Source: Armatimonadota bacterium (GTDB taxonomy: Bacteria > Armatimonadota > HRBIN16). Taken from it: 64,000 nt of DNA. Position 1 is the stretch's first letter. Each line of letters begins with the position of its first letter. The notes below the pieces were generated by a model. The model was not told the origin of the DNA. It searched no databases and worked only from the letters and a program-made list of their open reading frames with translations. Shown piece after piece: positions 50,368 to 60,904 of the stretch. The DNA is taken from assembly GCA_963677485.1 (NCBI GenBank), contig OY781964.1:2048001-2112000 (forward strand). The letters are read 5' to 3'. The position numbers were made by a program, and so were the translations under genes.

Positions 50368-52572
50368 CTATTTCAGCTTCACATCCACCGTCTGGCAGAC
50401 TTCAGGAACGGCGACCTCGGCGGTGCGGCGGCCGTCAGCCCAAATGAGGCTGCTCTGACCAAACGCCCGGAAGGCCTTCATGCTGCGCGGCGAGGAGCCC
50501 GTCCAGCGGAAAGCCGCCAGCGAGGGAACCTGCAGCATCTTGCCGTTCACCTGCGAGGCATGATACGCCAGCAGTCCCGGTCCTGTGATCCAGAACCCGT
50601 TGGGCGGCAGCATCACGCCGGGCAGCGGACTCCAGGGGGTCACACCGGTGTTGATGTAGACCTCTGTCAGACCGCCTTTGGATTTGAACTGCGAGTGCTC
50701 GCGGTAGAGGTCGCCACCGGCGAACTCATGCATGATCATGGGCGAGTGGAACACATTATCCGCCAGCCAGGTGCTGACACGTGACACGGTGGCCAGGAAC
50801 TGCAGGCCGGTGAGCTCACTCCAGCCGGGTTGCGGCTTGTTTTTCGGGTCATGCAGCATGGGATTGACGACCGACAGCGTCAAGTCATCGCTGAAGAAGG
50901 CGGGAGGACAGGTGCCGGCACGCCAGGTCTTGAGCAGCACCCGCAGGTATCGCAGGAAGGGCTGATCGGTCTCCATGGGTGTGTTGACGTGCGTGCTGTT
51001 GTCGCGGAATCCGATCTGCGATTCGTGATAGACCAGCTCCCACATCGGCACGATCTCGCCATGGATGGCATCAGTGCTCCATCCGCCGTCGCCTCGGTGG
51101 ATGTAACCTTCCTCTGCCATGAACCCGCTGTCGTTGGAGGGCATCGACCAGTCTACGATGGACTCGCCAATGGTGAACTCGGCGAAGGCCTCACGGGTGA
51201 CCTGGAACGCCTCGTTTCGGTCCTTCAGATCCTGCTCCATGCTGGTCGGTGGATTGACATTATAGTCCTCCAGGGGCTGTGCGGAGGTGGTGACATCATA
51301 CAGATAGCCGTTCAGGGCGGGATAACGCCGTTTAACTTCCGCCACATTGCGTTTGGCGAAATGCACCTGCCCCGCCCCGCTGGTCATATAGTTCTGGGTC
51401 TCTCGATAAATCCCACCGTTGATGATACTGCCATCGCCATATCGATAGAGGTATTTCTCATTGAAGCTGGGGGCTTTTGTCGACAGGATTCCAAGGTCAT
51501 CATGCGGGGTGCAGATATATCCCAGCTCCGCGATGGCTTCAGTCAGCCGGCGCATGCCTTCATCGCCGCCGCAGGCCGGGTTCGCGGGCAGGATATCTGG
51601 GTACTGAGCGTCATAGCCTTTACGGTTCCAGCCGCCGATGTGCAGAATGGCCCGCTCGATACCCGCTCGCTTCAATGCCTTTAAGCGTGGAATGAGTGCA
51701 TCAAAAGTGAGGGGCACGCCGCCGTAATCACACGGGATATGGCTGAAGAACATGGCCCCGCCGATCAGCTCTTCGCTGCAGGGGCGAGTTCTTGTGGCGA
51801 AGGTGCGCCAGGAGGGCTGGGTCATCACCCACTTCTTGTAGCACTGAGCGATCTGCACATAGTTGCCGGACATGAACTCAAACTCAATGCTCTGAACACG
51901 CGTGTTCGCATGTTTTTCGGGGTAGGATGGGTTGCCTAGATACATGAAGTCCAGAATGCCATTTTGCCTTCGGATATCCACATGACGGTGCAGCGAGTCG
52001 TTCACGATGGCGATATAGGATTGGTCGCCCTGAGCCGTGTGTTGGGTGGCGCCGATATACCGCATACACCAGGGCCGCAACCAGAGTGTGCGGCGCACGT
52101 AGATGTCTTCGCCCTCTGGCGACACCAGCAGGCCCAGCCATTGCGGCAGCACCAGCCTGTCCGAGGGGTTGCTGACGCCGGGCGATGCAGGGAAGAAAAC
52201 CTCGTCGAGTTTGGTCACACCCTTGCCGGCGAACTCCGCGCTGCAGCGCAGCTTATTCTCGGCGGTGATTTTGTAGGTGAGTGTGACGCTCAGCTCGTAT
52301 TCTGGCAGGTTAACGGTGCCCACGATGGAGCGTCCACGAACCGTCTTCCATAATATGCTGTGAGGCGAGCTACCGCCCAGGTCCAGATTGGTTCTGGCAG
52401 CCGATGCGGAGGGCGTGTTGAGGTATATGGTGGCAAAGCCGCCGTTGATGCTCCGCATCTTCCAGCTGGTCTCTTTGTATTTGATGGCCACCTCGCCGGT
52501 GGCTGGGTTCAGTTCGACGCGGGTGTTAGCATATGATAGCTGTAGCAATTGTGTCACCTCGATGGGGTCCAT
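50368..52572 (-). CDS. Putative glycoside hydrolase (DUF5696, GH101/GH129-like)
   Basis: HIGGWNRKGYDAQYPDILPANP.CGG, PHDD, GYLYDVT, VPMWELVYH. Confidence 0.7.
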   Translation of the reverse strand: MDPIEVTQLLQLSYANTRVELNPATGEVAIKYKETSWKMRSINGGFATIYLNTPSASAARTNLDLGGSSPHSILWKTVRGRSIVGTVNLPEYELSVTLTYKITAENKLRCSAEFAGKGVTKLDEVFFPASPGVSNPSDRLVLPQWLGLLVSPEGEDIYVRRTLWLRPWCMRYIGATQHTAQGDQSYIAIVNDSLHRHVDIRRQNGILDFMYLGNPSYPEKHANTRVQSIEFEFMSGNYVQIAQCYKKWVMTQPSWRTFATRTRPCSEELIGGAMFFSHIPCDYGGVPLTFDALIPRLKALKRAGIERAILHIGGWNRKGYDAQYPDILPANPACGGDEGMRRLTEAIAELGYICTPHDDLGILSTKAPSFNEKYLYRYGDGSIINGGIYRETQNYMTSGAGQVHFAKRNVAEVKRRYPALNGYLYDVTTSAQPLEDYNVNPPTSMEQDLKDRNEAFQVTREAFAEFTIGESIVDWSMPSNDSGFMAEEGYIHRGDGGWSTDAIHGEIVPMWELVYHESQIGFRDNSTHVNTPMETDQPFLRYLRVLLKTWRAGTCPPAFFSDDLTLSVVNPMLHDPKNKPQPGWSELTGLQFLATVSRVSTWLADNVFHSPMIMHEFAGGDLYREHSQFKSKGGLTEVYINTGVTPWSPLPGVMLPPNGFWITGPGLLAYHASQVNGKMLQVPSLAAFRWTGSSPRSMKAFRAFGQSSLIWADGRRTAEVAVPEVCQTVDVKLK

Positions 52573-52599
52573 CTGTTACATTGGTCTCGTCAGACCGAT

Positions 52600-53001
52600 C
52601 TACACGCCCGGCAGATAATGGGCTAACCGTAAGATCCAGGCTGCGATCAGCAGTGCCAGACAGGCGATGATAAGTCGCCTTTGCATCTTGCCGCCCGGCC
52701 GGCTGATGAGCTGCCAGATTTCCGGCTTAATCAATATTAACACGAAAATGGTGCTGACTATCCAACCCAGCGGGTGAAACAGCCAAGAATCAACGAATCT
52801 ACCGTGGAAAAAGCAGATGATGCTGCGCCCCATGCCGCAGCCGGGGCAGGGGATGCCGGTGATGAAGTGAAACGGGCAGAATGAAGGCAATATGTATCGC
52901 TGCGAGGCGTGGGCTGCAGGCATCAGTGCCGCAATGCTGATGACTGCGGCACTGATGATTCTGGGTAATTGATTTAACCTACGGCCTGAATGAACTAGCA
53001 C
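52600..53001 (-). CDS. DUF2752 membrane protein
   Basis: CPFHFITGIPCPGCGMGRS...HPL. Confidence 0.88.
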   Translation of the reverse strand: MLVHSGRRLNQLPRIISAAVISIAALMPAAHASQRYILPSFCPFHFITGIPCPGCGMGRSIICFFHGRFVDSWLFHPLGWIVSTIFVLILIKPEIWQLISRPGGKMQRRLIIACLALLIAAWILRLAHYLPGV

Positions 53002-53353
53002 TTCGCCGCCAAACTTCGTTTAAGTGCGTCTGCTCAATGAGTGATGCGACCACTCCAAGACCCAAGAAATTGAGGATCAAGCACAGGACCGACTGATCAT
53101 CTGGATTCATTCCTACGATGGTGCGCATCTGGGCGATTTTTCGGCAATATTTGTAGTCCCAGTATATGGCGTATATACCGCAGGTGATGAACATCAACAG
53201 AATCTCCGTGCCGGGGCTGATGTCGGGCTCACCTAAAAACTCCTGGATGTCTGAAGCAGCCCGATACATCCACCACAGATAGTAAAACCCACAGGTGATG
53301 ATGCCGAAAATCAAAACTAGAGCTGGTTCGCGAATTTCGCCGGTTCTTCGCAT
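52979..53353 (-). CDS. DUF4234 membrane protein
   Basis: Duplicated ITCGFYYLWW and ITCGIYAIYW, C-terminal Q..LN. Confidence 0.85.
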   Translation of the reverse strand: MRRTGEIREPALVLIFGIITCGFYYLWWMYRAASDIQEFLGEPDISPGTEILLMFITCGIYAIYWDYKYCRKIAQMRTIVGMNPDDQSVLCLILNFLGLGVVASLIEQTHLNEVWRRSASSFRP

Positions 53354-53494
53354 ACTTTACCTTCTATATAGGGTAGGTTGCCTCAGGTATATTTACCGAG
53401 GCTTGAGCATATCATACATCGTTTTGGATGCGTTTACGAATTTAGTTTTGTTTATGTCTGCCATAGTGCCGGCACACCTTGTAAATAACTGGTC

Positions 53495-53574
53495 GTAGGG
53501 GCGTCCCTTGTGGGCGCCCTAACAGGCACTATCGAATGAACAACGATTAGGGCGCCCACAAGGGACGCCCCTAC
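53495..53574. repeat. GTAG-type REP doublet with perfect arms
   Basis: GTAGGGGCGTCCCTTGTGGGCGCCCTAA...TTAGGGCGCCCACAAGGGACGCCCCTAC. Confidence 0.9.
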
Positions 53575-53634
53575 GACCGTATCCGTTACAATACGGGTTG
53601 TCTTGAACTCAAGAGCTGTGCTGTCTCATAACCA

Positions 53635-55950
53635 TCAGTGGCTGATGGACTCAATTGAATGCGCGGCCACCAGCACATCCTTCCCGGCATACCTGGCCTT
53701 CGCGGCGGTGCCGCTGGTGTTCAACAGCAGCACGCTGCCGTCGCGGAACCGCGTGACATACACATCGCCGTCAGTTTCGACCATGGGATACGGTGCCTTA
53801 GCACCTGGCAGGAATCGGCCCGGATGGAACACCGCCTCGCGCGCGAACTGCTTCAACTCCAGATCGCAGCGGGGCACACTGACCACCGCGCCAAGACCCA
53901 GTCGTTTGGTATAGGGCGGTTTCGCCAGTTGGTCCAGGCTCAGCGTATTCATCATGCCAATCCGCGGTGCGCGGGTTAGCTGCTCTGCGTCGACATCCCC
54001 GCTACCCACGGCCACAGAGGCCACTGCCATGCCCAGCTTGCGCAGGTCGGTATCTGAGCCCTGCCATGTCTGCCCGCCGAACTGCAGCCTGATGTTCTTG
54101 CGGCCGGCAATCTGCGCCGCGGAGAGCTGGAAGCTGATTACCTGCAGCCCGGCTCCCTGTGGTTTTGCCACCACCTGGCCATCTACCAGCAGCAGTTGTT
54201 CGTTGCCCTGCTGGTCTTTCAACGCCGCCCTCACCGCAACCTTGATGCCGTTCTTGCCGGGCACTGGCAGGTCGACTGCAGATCCGTCTGTGCTCCATCG
54301 GTAACTGGTGTCCGGAGCCACGAAGGCGTTGCCGATTTCGGCTCCATGCCATGGCCCAGCCAGGTTCATGACATCCGATTCACTGCCCACATCGACCCGA
54401 TACCTGTCGGGAACCTGATCGGGTAGTTGGTCGACCACCGGCAGCCAGCGAAACGACCCCGCTTCGACGGTCTCCACCCTGGCGTTGCACTGCAGCACCA
54501 GCAAACCGCCAGCCCGCACCCAATTCTCCAGTTCACGCGCCGTCGACGCCTCAATCACAGGCCCATCCAGCCAGAAGAGCACCCGCTTATGCTTCAGCAC
54601 ACCGGCCGATACCAACCGCTCATCCACGATGTCGAAGTCGGTCACACTGCGCAGTGCCGAACCCGCCTGCCAGTACCGGCGCATCAGGCCCAGGTCCCAG
54701 GAGGTGCGGTTGAGAAACAGGGCCACATCCACATCCGGTTCGCGCTTCACCAGGTATTTGCGAAGCCCGCGGTATCTGGTCCCGCGAACACCTTCGGGTT
54801 CAGGATCATAAGTGAACAGCTCATCGGCTCCCGAGGCGGTGGCGTTATACACCCGCGCCGCGATGGCCTCGTCACTCACCCCGCCGGCCGGTTCAAACCC
54901 GTAGAAGGTGCCGTAGAAGCGGCACGAGGTGCCCACCTGGCGGGTCAGCATGTAGTTCATCCCGTAGTCGCTGGCCTCGTTGGTGACCCTCAGCCCGGCT
55001 TTATATTTGGCGACCAGCTCCGCCTGAGCGGTGATATCGGCTCCCAGCATCGACTGGCCATCCCCGCCCACACACGCCACGATGCGCGACTTCGGCATAT
55101 ACCGCTTGGTCTCACGCAGCCAGAACTCCAGATAGTCTGTCATGGCCTGGCAGTACCAGCGCTGCAGGTCCAGGCGGGCCCGCCGGTTGGGAGCATCTTT
55201 CGGAATGAACGGCTGCACCGCATCGAAACTGGCGTGTGTCGTTCCCCAGGCCTTATTCAGCGATGCGATGCTTTTATACTGCGCACTCATGGTGCGCTGA
55301 AAGTCCGCCCGGGCATAGCTGTCGCCGCACCAGTATCCTGAGTGGACGTGGTAGGGCGCATCGAGGTAGGTCCAGATGTTCCCGCCCGCGGTATACAGTG
55401 TCTCACCGAAGTCGCCAGATATGCCCAGCAGCACGCTTTCGATCCGAGTCTCATCGAAATGCTCCGCAAACCGCCGGATGAACTCCGAGACGTGCGGCCG
55501 CAGATGCGGGTTCCAGATCGACTGGGTGGCGTTGGCCTCGCCGTGCTCCAGGCAGACCGCCGGCACGTGCTCCTTCGATGCCTTGAACCAGGGCGGCGTG
55601 GCGTAGGCTGGCCCGGCGATCAAGAAGGGCAGCCACCGGATACCGGCTTTCTTCGCGGCCTGATCATGAAGATCGAAATAGGAGAAATCCCACTTGCCCT
55701 GCTGAGGTTCACAGATCCACCACTTCACATACGGCTCCTGCGCTGTGATGCCCTCCTTTGCGGCTATCATGAAGCGGTTGTTGATCGCCTCTTCCGCTTC
55801 CTGACGGCTATACAGCTTTTCCCCAGACGGCACGACCGGCTGGAAGCCCACGTCGTTGCCCGCGGAATAGAACATCGGCGCACCGATGGGCAGCCGTCCT
55901 GAGGGCACCATGGTGGATGGCTTCATTGGGTTCTCTGGTTTGCTGGCCAT
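53635..55950 (-). CDS. GH14/GH42-like glycoside hydrolase
   Basis: YVKW...EP..GKWDF, GPAYATPPWF, LGISGDFGE, RVTNE, GFEPAG. Start trimmed to ATG 55950 because the upstream part is REP-derived. Confidence 0.7.
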   Translation of the reverse strand: MASKPENPMKPSTMVPSGRLPIGAPMFYSAGNDVGFQPVVPSGEKLYSRQEAEEAINNRFMIAAKEGITAQEPYVKWWICEPQQGKWDFSYFDLHDQAAKKAGIRWLPFLIAGPAYATPPWFKASKEHVPAVCLEHGEANATQSIWNPHLRPHVSEFIRRFAEHFDETRIESVLLGISGDFGETLYTAGGNIWTYLDAPYHVHSGYWCGDSYARADFQRTMSAQYKSIASLNKAWGTTHASFDAVQPFIPKDAPNRRARLDLQRWYCQAMTDYLEFWLRETKRYMPKSRIVACVGGDGQSMLGADITAQAELVAKYKAGLRVTNEASDYGMNYMLTRQVGTSCRFYGTFYGFEPAGGVSDEAIAARVYNATASGADELFTYDPEPEGVRGTRYRGLRKYLVKREPDVDVALFLNRTSWDLGLMRRYWQAGSALRSVTDFDIVDERLVSAGVLKHKRVLFWLDGPVIEASTARELENWVRAGGLLVLQCNARVETVEAGSFRWLPVVDQLPDQVPDRYRVDVGSESDVMNLAGPWHGAEIGNAFVAPDTSYRWSTDGSAVDLPVPGKNGIKVAVRAALKDQQGNEQLLLVDGQVVAKPQGAGLQVISFQLSAAQIAGRKNIRLQFGGQTWQGSDTDLRKLGMAVASVAVGSGDVDAEQLTRAPRIGMMNTLSLDQLAKPPYTKRLGLGAVVSVPRCDLELKQFAREAVFHPGRFLPGAKAPYPMVETDGDVYVTRFRDGSVLLLNTSGTAAKARYAGKDVLVAAHSIESISH

Positions 55951-55992
55951 ATGGGTCTCTCCGATCTGTTGTTTAGTCTGTGTATACGATGT

Positions 55993-56175
55993 GTAGGGGC
56001 ATGGCGTGCCGTGCCCTGGGCGATGCATGCCCATACGTTTCAAACGGGACCGTAGGGGCGGGGTCTCCCCGCCCAATGTCGCCCGCCGCCCAAATTGCCC
56101 CCAGGGCGGGGTCTCCCCGCCTAATTCCGCCTGCGGCCCAAATTGCCCCCCAGGGCGGGGAGACCCCGCCCCTAC
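55993..56175. repeat. Cluster of GTAG-type REPs
   Basis: GTAGGGGCATGGCGTGCCGTGCCC followed by three GGGCGGGGTCTCCCCGCCC-type units ending in CCCCTAC. A related copy lies at 57359-57381. Confidence 0.85.
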
Positions 56176-56182
56176 AATCCCG

Positions 56183-57157
56183 TTACCGGTTCAATTCGGC
56201 CGCGATACGCTTCAGCGCCTCGTAGGCGGGTTTGGGTGCCAGTTTGGCGGTGAGAATACCCATCGAATCCTCAGGGCCCACGATGGCGCGGTCATAATCC
56301 TTCAAGGTGAACCAAAACACCGCGGCGATTTGGGGTAGACGGTAAAGCGCTCGGAAGCTCTCTTCCAGCAGTTTGGCCTGAGCGGCCGGCGTATCCAGCT
56401 CGTTGGTGCCGCAGCCGATCTCGGTCACCCACAAGGGCTTCTGAGCATCGCCGTTTTTGGCCATCACCGCGATGGTGTCTTTGATCATGCGGATCATATA
56501 CTCCGCACCTTCCTCCGGCCTGGGCAGCGAATAGGGGTGGATGTTGGCCACATCAAACCACCGCCGGCCGCCAGCATCGTAGATCGCTTGAAGGAAATTC
56601 GGCGTCTTCACCGGCGACCAGGGGTTGGCGATCACGCCGTTCATCTGCAGACCACCCAACACCACCGTGCAACTGGGGTCAGCCGCCTTGCACGCTCGGT
56701 AAGCCGATTTCAAAAAGCGCATGAACTGGTCCACATCCGGCAGCGGACGCCAGAAATCCACGCCGTTTTGCTCGTTCCATATCTCCCAGTGGTGGATCTC
56801 TTTTCGGTAACGGCGCACCACGGTGGCCACATACCGGCCCCAATCGGCCACACCCTCCGGCGGGTAGGTGTCAAACCATCCCTCCAGCTTCTTACCCTCG
56901 GTGCCGTTGCTCCAGGCAGGGAAGGACATCAGACTGCCCAGGATGCCGATATGAGCCTTTGTGAGTTTCTCGATGATGACATCAATCCTGGCGAAATCCC
57001 TCCGCCCCTTCGCGGGTTCCACCGTCACCCACCGGATGGGCATGCGCACATGGGTGACCCCTGCCGCCTTCATCAGCGCGATCAGTTGGTCGTCCTCTTT
57101 CGGTTCCGACCAGGGAAAGTCATGGTTGATGCCTATGATCTTGGGCTGGGGTTTCAT
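56183..57157 (-). CDS. Clan GH-A glycoside hydrolase (GH5/GH39-like)
   Basis: WEIWNEQN (acid/base), NIHPY, LWVTEIG (nucleophile), PKPAY. Confidence 0.85.
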   Translation of the reverse strand: MKPQPKIIGINHDFPWSEPKEDDQLIALMKAAGVTHVRMPIRWVTVEPAKGRRDFARIDVIIEKLTKAHIGILGSLMSFPAWSNGTEGKKLEGWFDTYPPEGVADWGRYVATVVRRYRKEIHHWEIWNEQNGVDFWRPLPDVDQFMRFLKSAYRACKAADPSCTVVLGGLQMNGVIANPWSPVKTPNFLQAIYDAGGRRWFDVANIHPYSLPRPEEGAEYMIRMIKDTIAVMAKNGDAQKPLWVTEIGCGTNELDTPAAQAKLLEESFRALYRLPQIAAVFWFTLKDYDRAIVGPEDSMGILTAKLAPKPAYEALKRIAAELNR

Positions 57158-57423
57158 GTGGGCTCTCCATCTCGGTTGGTGTTGATAGGTATTAGTTCGA
57201 CCACCGGCGGGGCTTTTCCTTTAGGTGTGACCATTGCAGGGCGGATGACCCCGCCTCTACTAACGTCACGGACATGGTATACCATGCCTCTTCCCATCTG
57301 AACCCATCCGTGTCATCTGCGTAATCCGTGGTTCAGACATCCGTGCTCTTCGCGTCCAGGGCGGGGAAACCCCGCCCCTACAACGTTACGCATACATCAA
57401 ATCGCACTGAGATTCGTCCACCC

Positions 57424-58629
57424 TCATTTCAGCTTAATCAGCACACCCTGACCGGGAGCGAGGCCGTAGGCCCAGGCGATGAACGGCTTGGTTTTGCCAC
57501 TGATGGGGCACACATACTCCAGCGATTTGGCCGGTGTCCTGAACTCGTAGCTGGGTATCGAGCTATGCAGCAGGCTCTTGTTGACCACCATCACATACCG
57601 CGAGCCATCCTCATGGGTGAAGTCGCCCACAACAAACTCCCCGCCGCTGATGGTCATAATGAGTGAATTCTCAATCGGGCCATGGTTGGCTTCCGGGATG
57701 TCTCCGCCGATATGGTAGACATCATCCGAGTGCAACTTGACGAGTGTGGGAGCCAGGTTGAGCACCTTGCGGTTGGTGTTGCGCAGCCATTCCCAGGTTT
57801 GGGTCTTCTCGCCGAACTCATCCAGCGGGCCCTCACGGAAGTTGCCCAAATCGGGTGCCTCTAATATCGGCAAAGAGCCACTGCAGAATTTGTAATAACT
57901 GATACCTCTGGCACCATACACCAGTGACCCATAGACCTGCAGCCTGATGTCCGCAGCCGTCACCTCACGGTATCCCCAGTGGGCAGAGGTCAGCACGATG
58001 TTCCAGAAGGGGATGTTGTTCTTGATGCCTGCTGTGCGCACCTTAGCGATGTTCGTCCAGAAACCGGCTCCAAAACCTCCGTCCTCACCCAGAACATAGC
58101 GATCATAGGAGAGTATGGTCGGTTTGCAGATTTTGACGTAGTCTTCCAGATATTTGTCGTAGCTTTCACCGTCGCCGGGCAGCAGGTTCACATAGGCGAA
58201 CTTGCCGGGTGCCAGTTGGTGTACCACATCCATGGTAGCGGCCAATGCGGGATATTCGGCCGCACTAGGCTCATCCTTCAAATGGTATCCGTAGACGGCG
58301 GGATGACCTTTCACATCTTTGATCACGGCTGGAAGTGCCTTCTTGGCGCGTTCAAAGTCAAAAGGCGCATCCCAACGGTCGCCTGCGATGCGTTCATCGA
58401 ACACAATTGCCTTCAAGCCGAACTTTTTGCAAGTATCCAGCGCCTTGATCGGCACAAACGCCACCATGTTAATACCGCAATCTGCCATCGCTTTCATAGT
58501 TTTGGCGTCATCTGCGTAATCCCATGCCATCAGCGAAAAGGCCGGCTTCTGGTCGGCAGCGTAGGCCGGTTTCAGCGCGATGATCGCCAGTGATATCACG
58601 CATAGTATGATACAGAGTGCTGACTGCAT
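57424..58629 (-). CDS. Secreted putative glycoside hydrolase-like protein
   Basis: Signal peptide, HPAVYGYHLKDEP, YVNLLP, LSYDRY, LVYGARGISYY. Confidence 0.7.
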   Translation of the reverse strand: MQSALCIILCVISLAIIALKPAYAADQKPAFSLMAWDYADDAKTMKAMADCGINMVAFVPIKALDTCKKFGLKAIVFDERIAGDRWDAPFDFERAKKALPAVIKDVKGHPAVYGYHLKDEPSAAEYPALAATMDVVHQLAPGKFAYVNLLPGDGESYDKYLEDYVKICKPTILSYDRYVLGEDGGFGAGFWTNIAKVRTAGIKNNIPFWNIVLTSAHWGYREVTAADIRLQVYGSLVYGARGISYYKFCSGSLPILEAPDLGNFREGPLDEFGEKTQTWEWLRNTNRKVLNLAPTLVKLHSDDVYHIGGDIPEANHGPIENSLIMTISGGEFVVGDFTHEDGSRYVMVVNKSLLHSSIPSYEFRTPAKSLEYVCPISGKTKPFIAWAYGLAPGQGVLIKLK

Positions 58630-58686
58630 GGGTACAACCTCCGGTGATGCTTGTTTGGCGGTGCCATTTACCAGTAGTGTATCAAG

Positions 58687-60450
58687 CTACAACCGGATGC
58701 GCTTGCACATGGGGAAGTCGGCCGTCAGCTCGAACTTCACAACCTTCTGCGAGCCGGGCAGGCGAACCTGCACCTGCTGGGTTCCGCTGTTGTACGGGTT
58801 ACACGCCACCACCAGCATCAGCTTGCCATCGGCACTGAGTTTCACACGCACCAGCGGCTCTTTGTACCAGTTGCAGTAACTGGGGTAACGCTCATCACCG
58901 GTTCGCCACTTCTTGCCAGTGCTGGTGTAGATCTCAGGCATCTGCCATTCGGTCTTGGCTTCAATGATGTCACGGTTCTGGCTAGCTTGCCACATCCCCA
59001 GCACATGATAGTTGTAGAACCCGAAGTAGCTGAGATAGTAAGTGGCACTGACGTCTTTACCATTCACCTTATGTGAACTGCCAATCGGCCAACCTTCAGG
59101 GCTGAGATCCCCCATATCGGCGGGGTCCTCGCTGTAGTTGCTGCCCACTTCCCAGCAGTAGGCGCCGTCCATGCGGGTATGGCAAAACAGCGACATCGCC
59201 CAGGTCAGACTCGGTGGGGCGGAATGCTTCACCCCACGAACCTGCGTGGTGCCATCCGGCCGTGGGAACTGCAGCACTGAGAGGGGGTAGCCATCCACAA
59301 ACTCGGTTTGTATCCAGGTCGATAGCACGTTGGGCACATCGGGATGCAGCAGCTTGCCGATCTCCCACTCCTGCACCACCGCATAAAGGTGCGCGGGATT
59401 ACCGCCGTTGATATAGTACACGCTGGGGTTGCCGAAGTTCAGCTTGCCCTCAGTCAGCACGCGGTTGTCTGCGACTTTAGGGTTTTCATACTGCGCCTTC
59501 CATTGCGCGGCGGCCTTTTCGTTGACCACGCCCTGCGGACGCCCTGCCTCATCACGCTCATCGAAAATCCGCAGTGAATGAACAGCAGAACCCACTCCCC
59601 AGCAGCCGATCAGACATTTGGGATAGGCCTTGCGGATATCGCCAATCAAATCCCCGAACTTGCGATACTGCGCGTCATTCCATCGCCAGACATCGGCGTT
59701 CTCAAAGTCGGCGATTGCAATCTGCATTCTCTGACCGCGGCCCTTCCAGCCGTCATTGTGCCATTTGCTGGTGTTGCCGCCGTCTTTCATATCCAGCCAC
59801 TCGGCGTCGCCAAACACGCGGCATTGCTGACTCCATCCCGGCACATGGCCGTTGGGTGTTAAGGTGTTTTCGGCCACTTGGGTGAAGCCATAGCTCAGCA
59901 GCGGGTTCCGGCCATTCCGGTCAGGACGGTCATAGCTACCAGCCCCTTCCCAGCACCCGAATTTGCCTTTCGGAAGCGACCATCCACTGGGGAACCAGTT
60001 ACCCTCGTAGAAACTCGGGCCTAACTGACCAACGGGCACTCGAAACCAGGCGGGCAGATCCGCCTTCCGTTTGCCGCCAAGAAGCAGAATCTGCTGGTAG
60101 TTCTCGCTCACCATCCAGGGTTTTGCTAACTCAAATATCTCCACCACGATGTTGACCGGCATCCCAGTCAGCGACGCATCAAACTTCACGGCTTTCAACG
60201 GCTGGTCAGTGGAGGGGACCATGTTGAACTTCCACCGCTTGCCCATACCAGATGGCGGAAGGTAACTGTCCCAGCACCGGTCGGTGACGGTCAGACCATC
60301 GGAGGCGATTTGGCAGTCCATCACCTGCTTGCCATCGCGATTGAATACACCTTTGGTCAGCACAGGCCAGATGACGGCGGCTTTGACGGTGGTCTGGGCG
60401 GGTGGGTCAGGCCATTGGGCCAGGTTATTCGGTCGTGGCTTGGTGTTCAT
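58687..60450 (-). CDS. Hypothetical protein
   Basis: 587-aa Trp/Gly-rich ORF with AGGAG RBS. No family recognised. Confidence 0.7.
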   Translation of the reverse strand: MNTKPRPNNLAQWPDPPAQTTVKAAVIWPVLTKGVFNRDGKQVMDCQIASDGLTVTDRCWDSYLPPSGMGKRWKFNMVPSTDQPLKAVKFDASLTGMPVNIVVEIFELAKPWMVSENYQQILLLGGKRKADLPAWFRVPVGQLGPSFYEGNWFPSGWSLPKGKFGCWEGAGSYDRPDRNGRNPLLSYGFTQVAENTLTPNGHVPGWSQQCRVFGDAEWLDMKDGGNTSKWHNDGWKGRGQRMQIAIADFENADVWRWNDAQYRKFGDLIGDIRKAYPKCLIGCWGVGSAVHSLRIFDERDEAGRPQGVVNEKAAAQWKAQYENPKVADNRVLTEGKLNFGNPSVYYINGGNPAHLYAVVQEWEIGKLLHPDVPNVLSTWIQTEFVDGYPLSVLQFPRPDGTTQVRGVKHSAPPSLTWAMSLFCHTRMDGAYCWEVGSNYSEDPADMGDLSPEGWPIGSSHKVNGKDVSATYYLSYFGFYNYHVLGMWQASQNRDIIEAKTEWQMPEIYTSTGKKWRTGDERYPSYCNWYKEPLVRVKLSADGKLMLVVACNPYNSGTQQVQVRLPGSQKVVKFELTADFPMCKRIRL

Positions 60451-60559
60451 AAGGGCTCCTGAATGATAGAGATTTAGACATATTTAGTATTCATATCCTG
60501 TAATGGTCATTGGCCATTACCGGCCTGCGTTCCGGCGGGTAGGGGGAAGGCCACCCTCC

Positions 60560-60750
60560 CTTCGCGTTCTTCGCGTCTTCGCGTGAGACCTCCCGACAAG
60601 AGCCAATCAGGAGATTGGCGTTCCCAGGGGCTAACCGCCAGACCGGCGCGGTCTTGCATGAAACAAGTCGTAGGGGCCACCCTTGTGGTGGCCCTAAACA
60701 CGAACTATCGAATGAACGACGATTAGGGCGCCCACAAGGGACGCCCCTAC
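60560..60750. repeat. Mosaic of repeat families
   Basis: CTTCGCGT triplet, GCCAATCAGGAGATTGGC palindrome, AGACCGGCGCGGTCT at 60640-54, and a GTAG REP doublet at 60670-60750. Confidence 0.8.
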
Positions 60751-60855
60751 GATATAGCGGGCCATAGTGACGGCGGTTTACGTTGTGATGTTAGTATACT
60801 GTGAATTTGACGACACAAATCGGATTTATGTGCCGTGTTCTTAAGCCAGATCACC

Positions 60856-60882
60856 AAAAAAAGGGCACCCCGAAGGGTGCCC
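60856..60882 (-). terminator. Intrinsic terminator of hppA
   Basis: GGGCACCC-TTCG-GGGTGCCC-TTTTTTT. Confidence 0.9.
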
Positions 60883-60904
60883 CAGATTACGGACGCGGAA
60901 CAGC

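Noticed and set aside
50362-50370. Third in-frame readthrough joining ORFs 50368..52572 and 48622..50364
   Set aside because: The ORFs are in frame, but an ATG follows 3 nt after the stop and both look like complete proteins of separate families.
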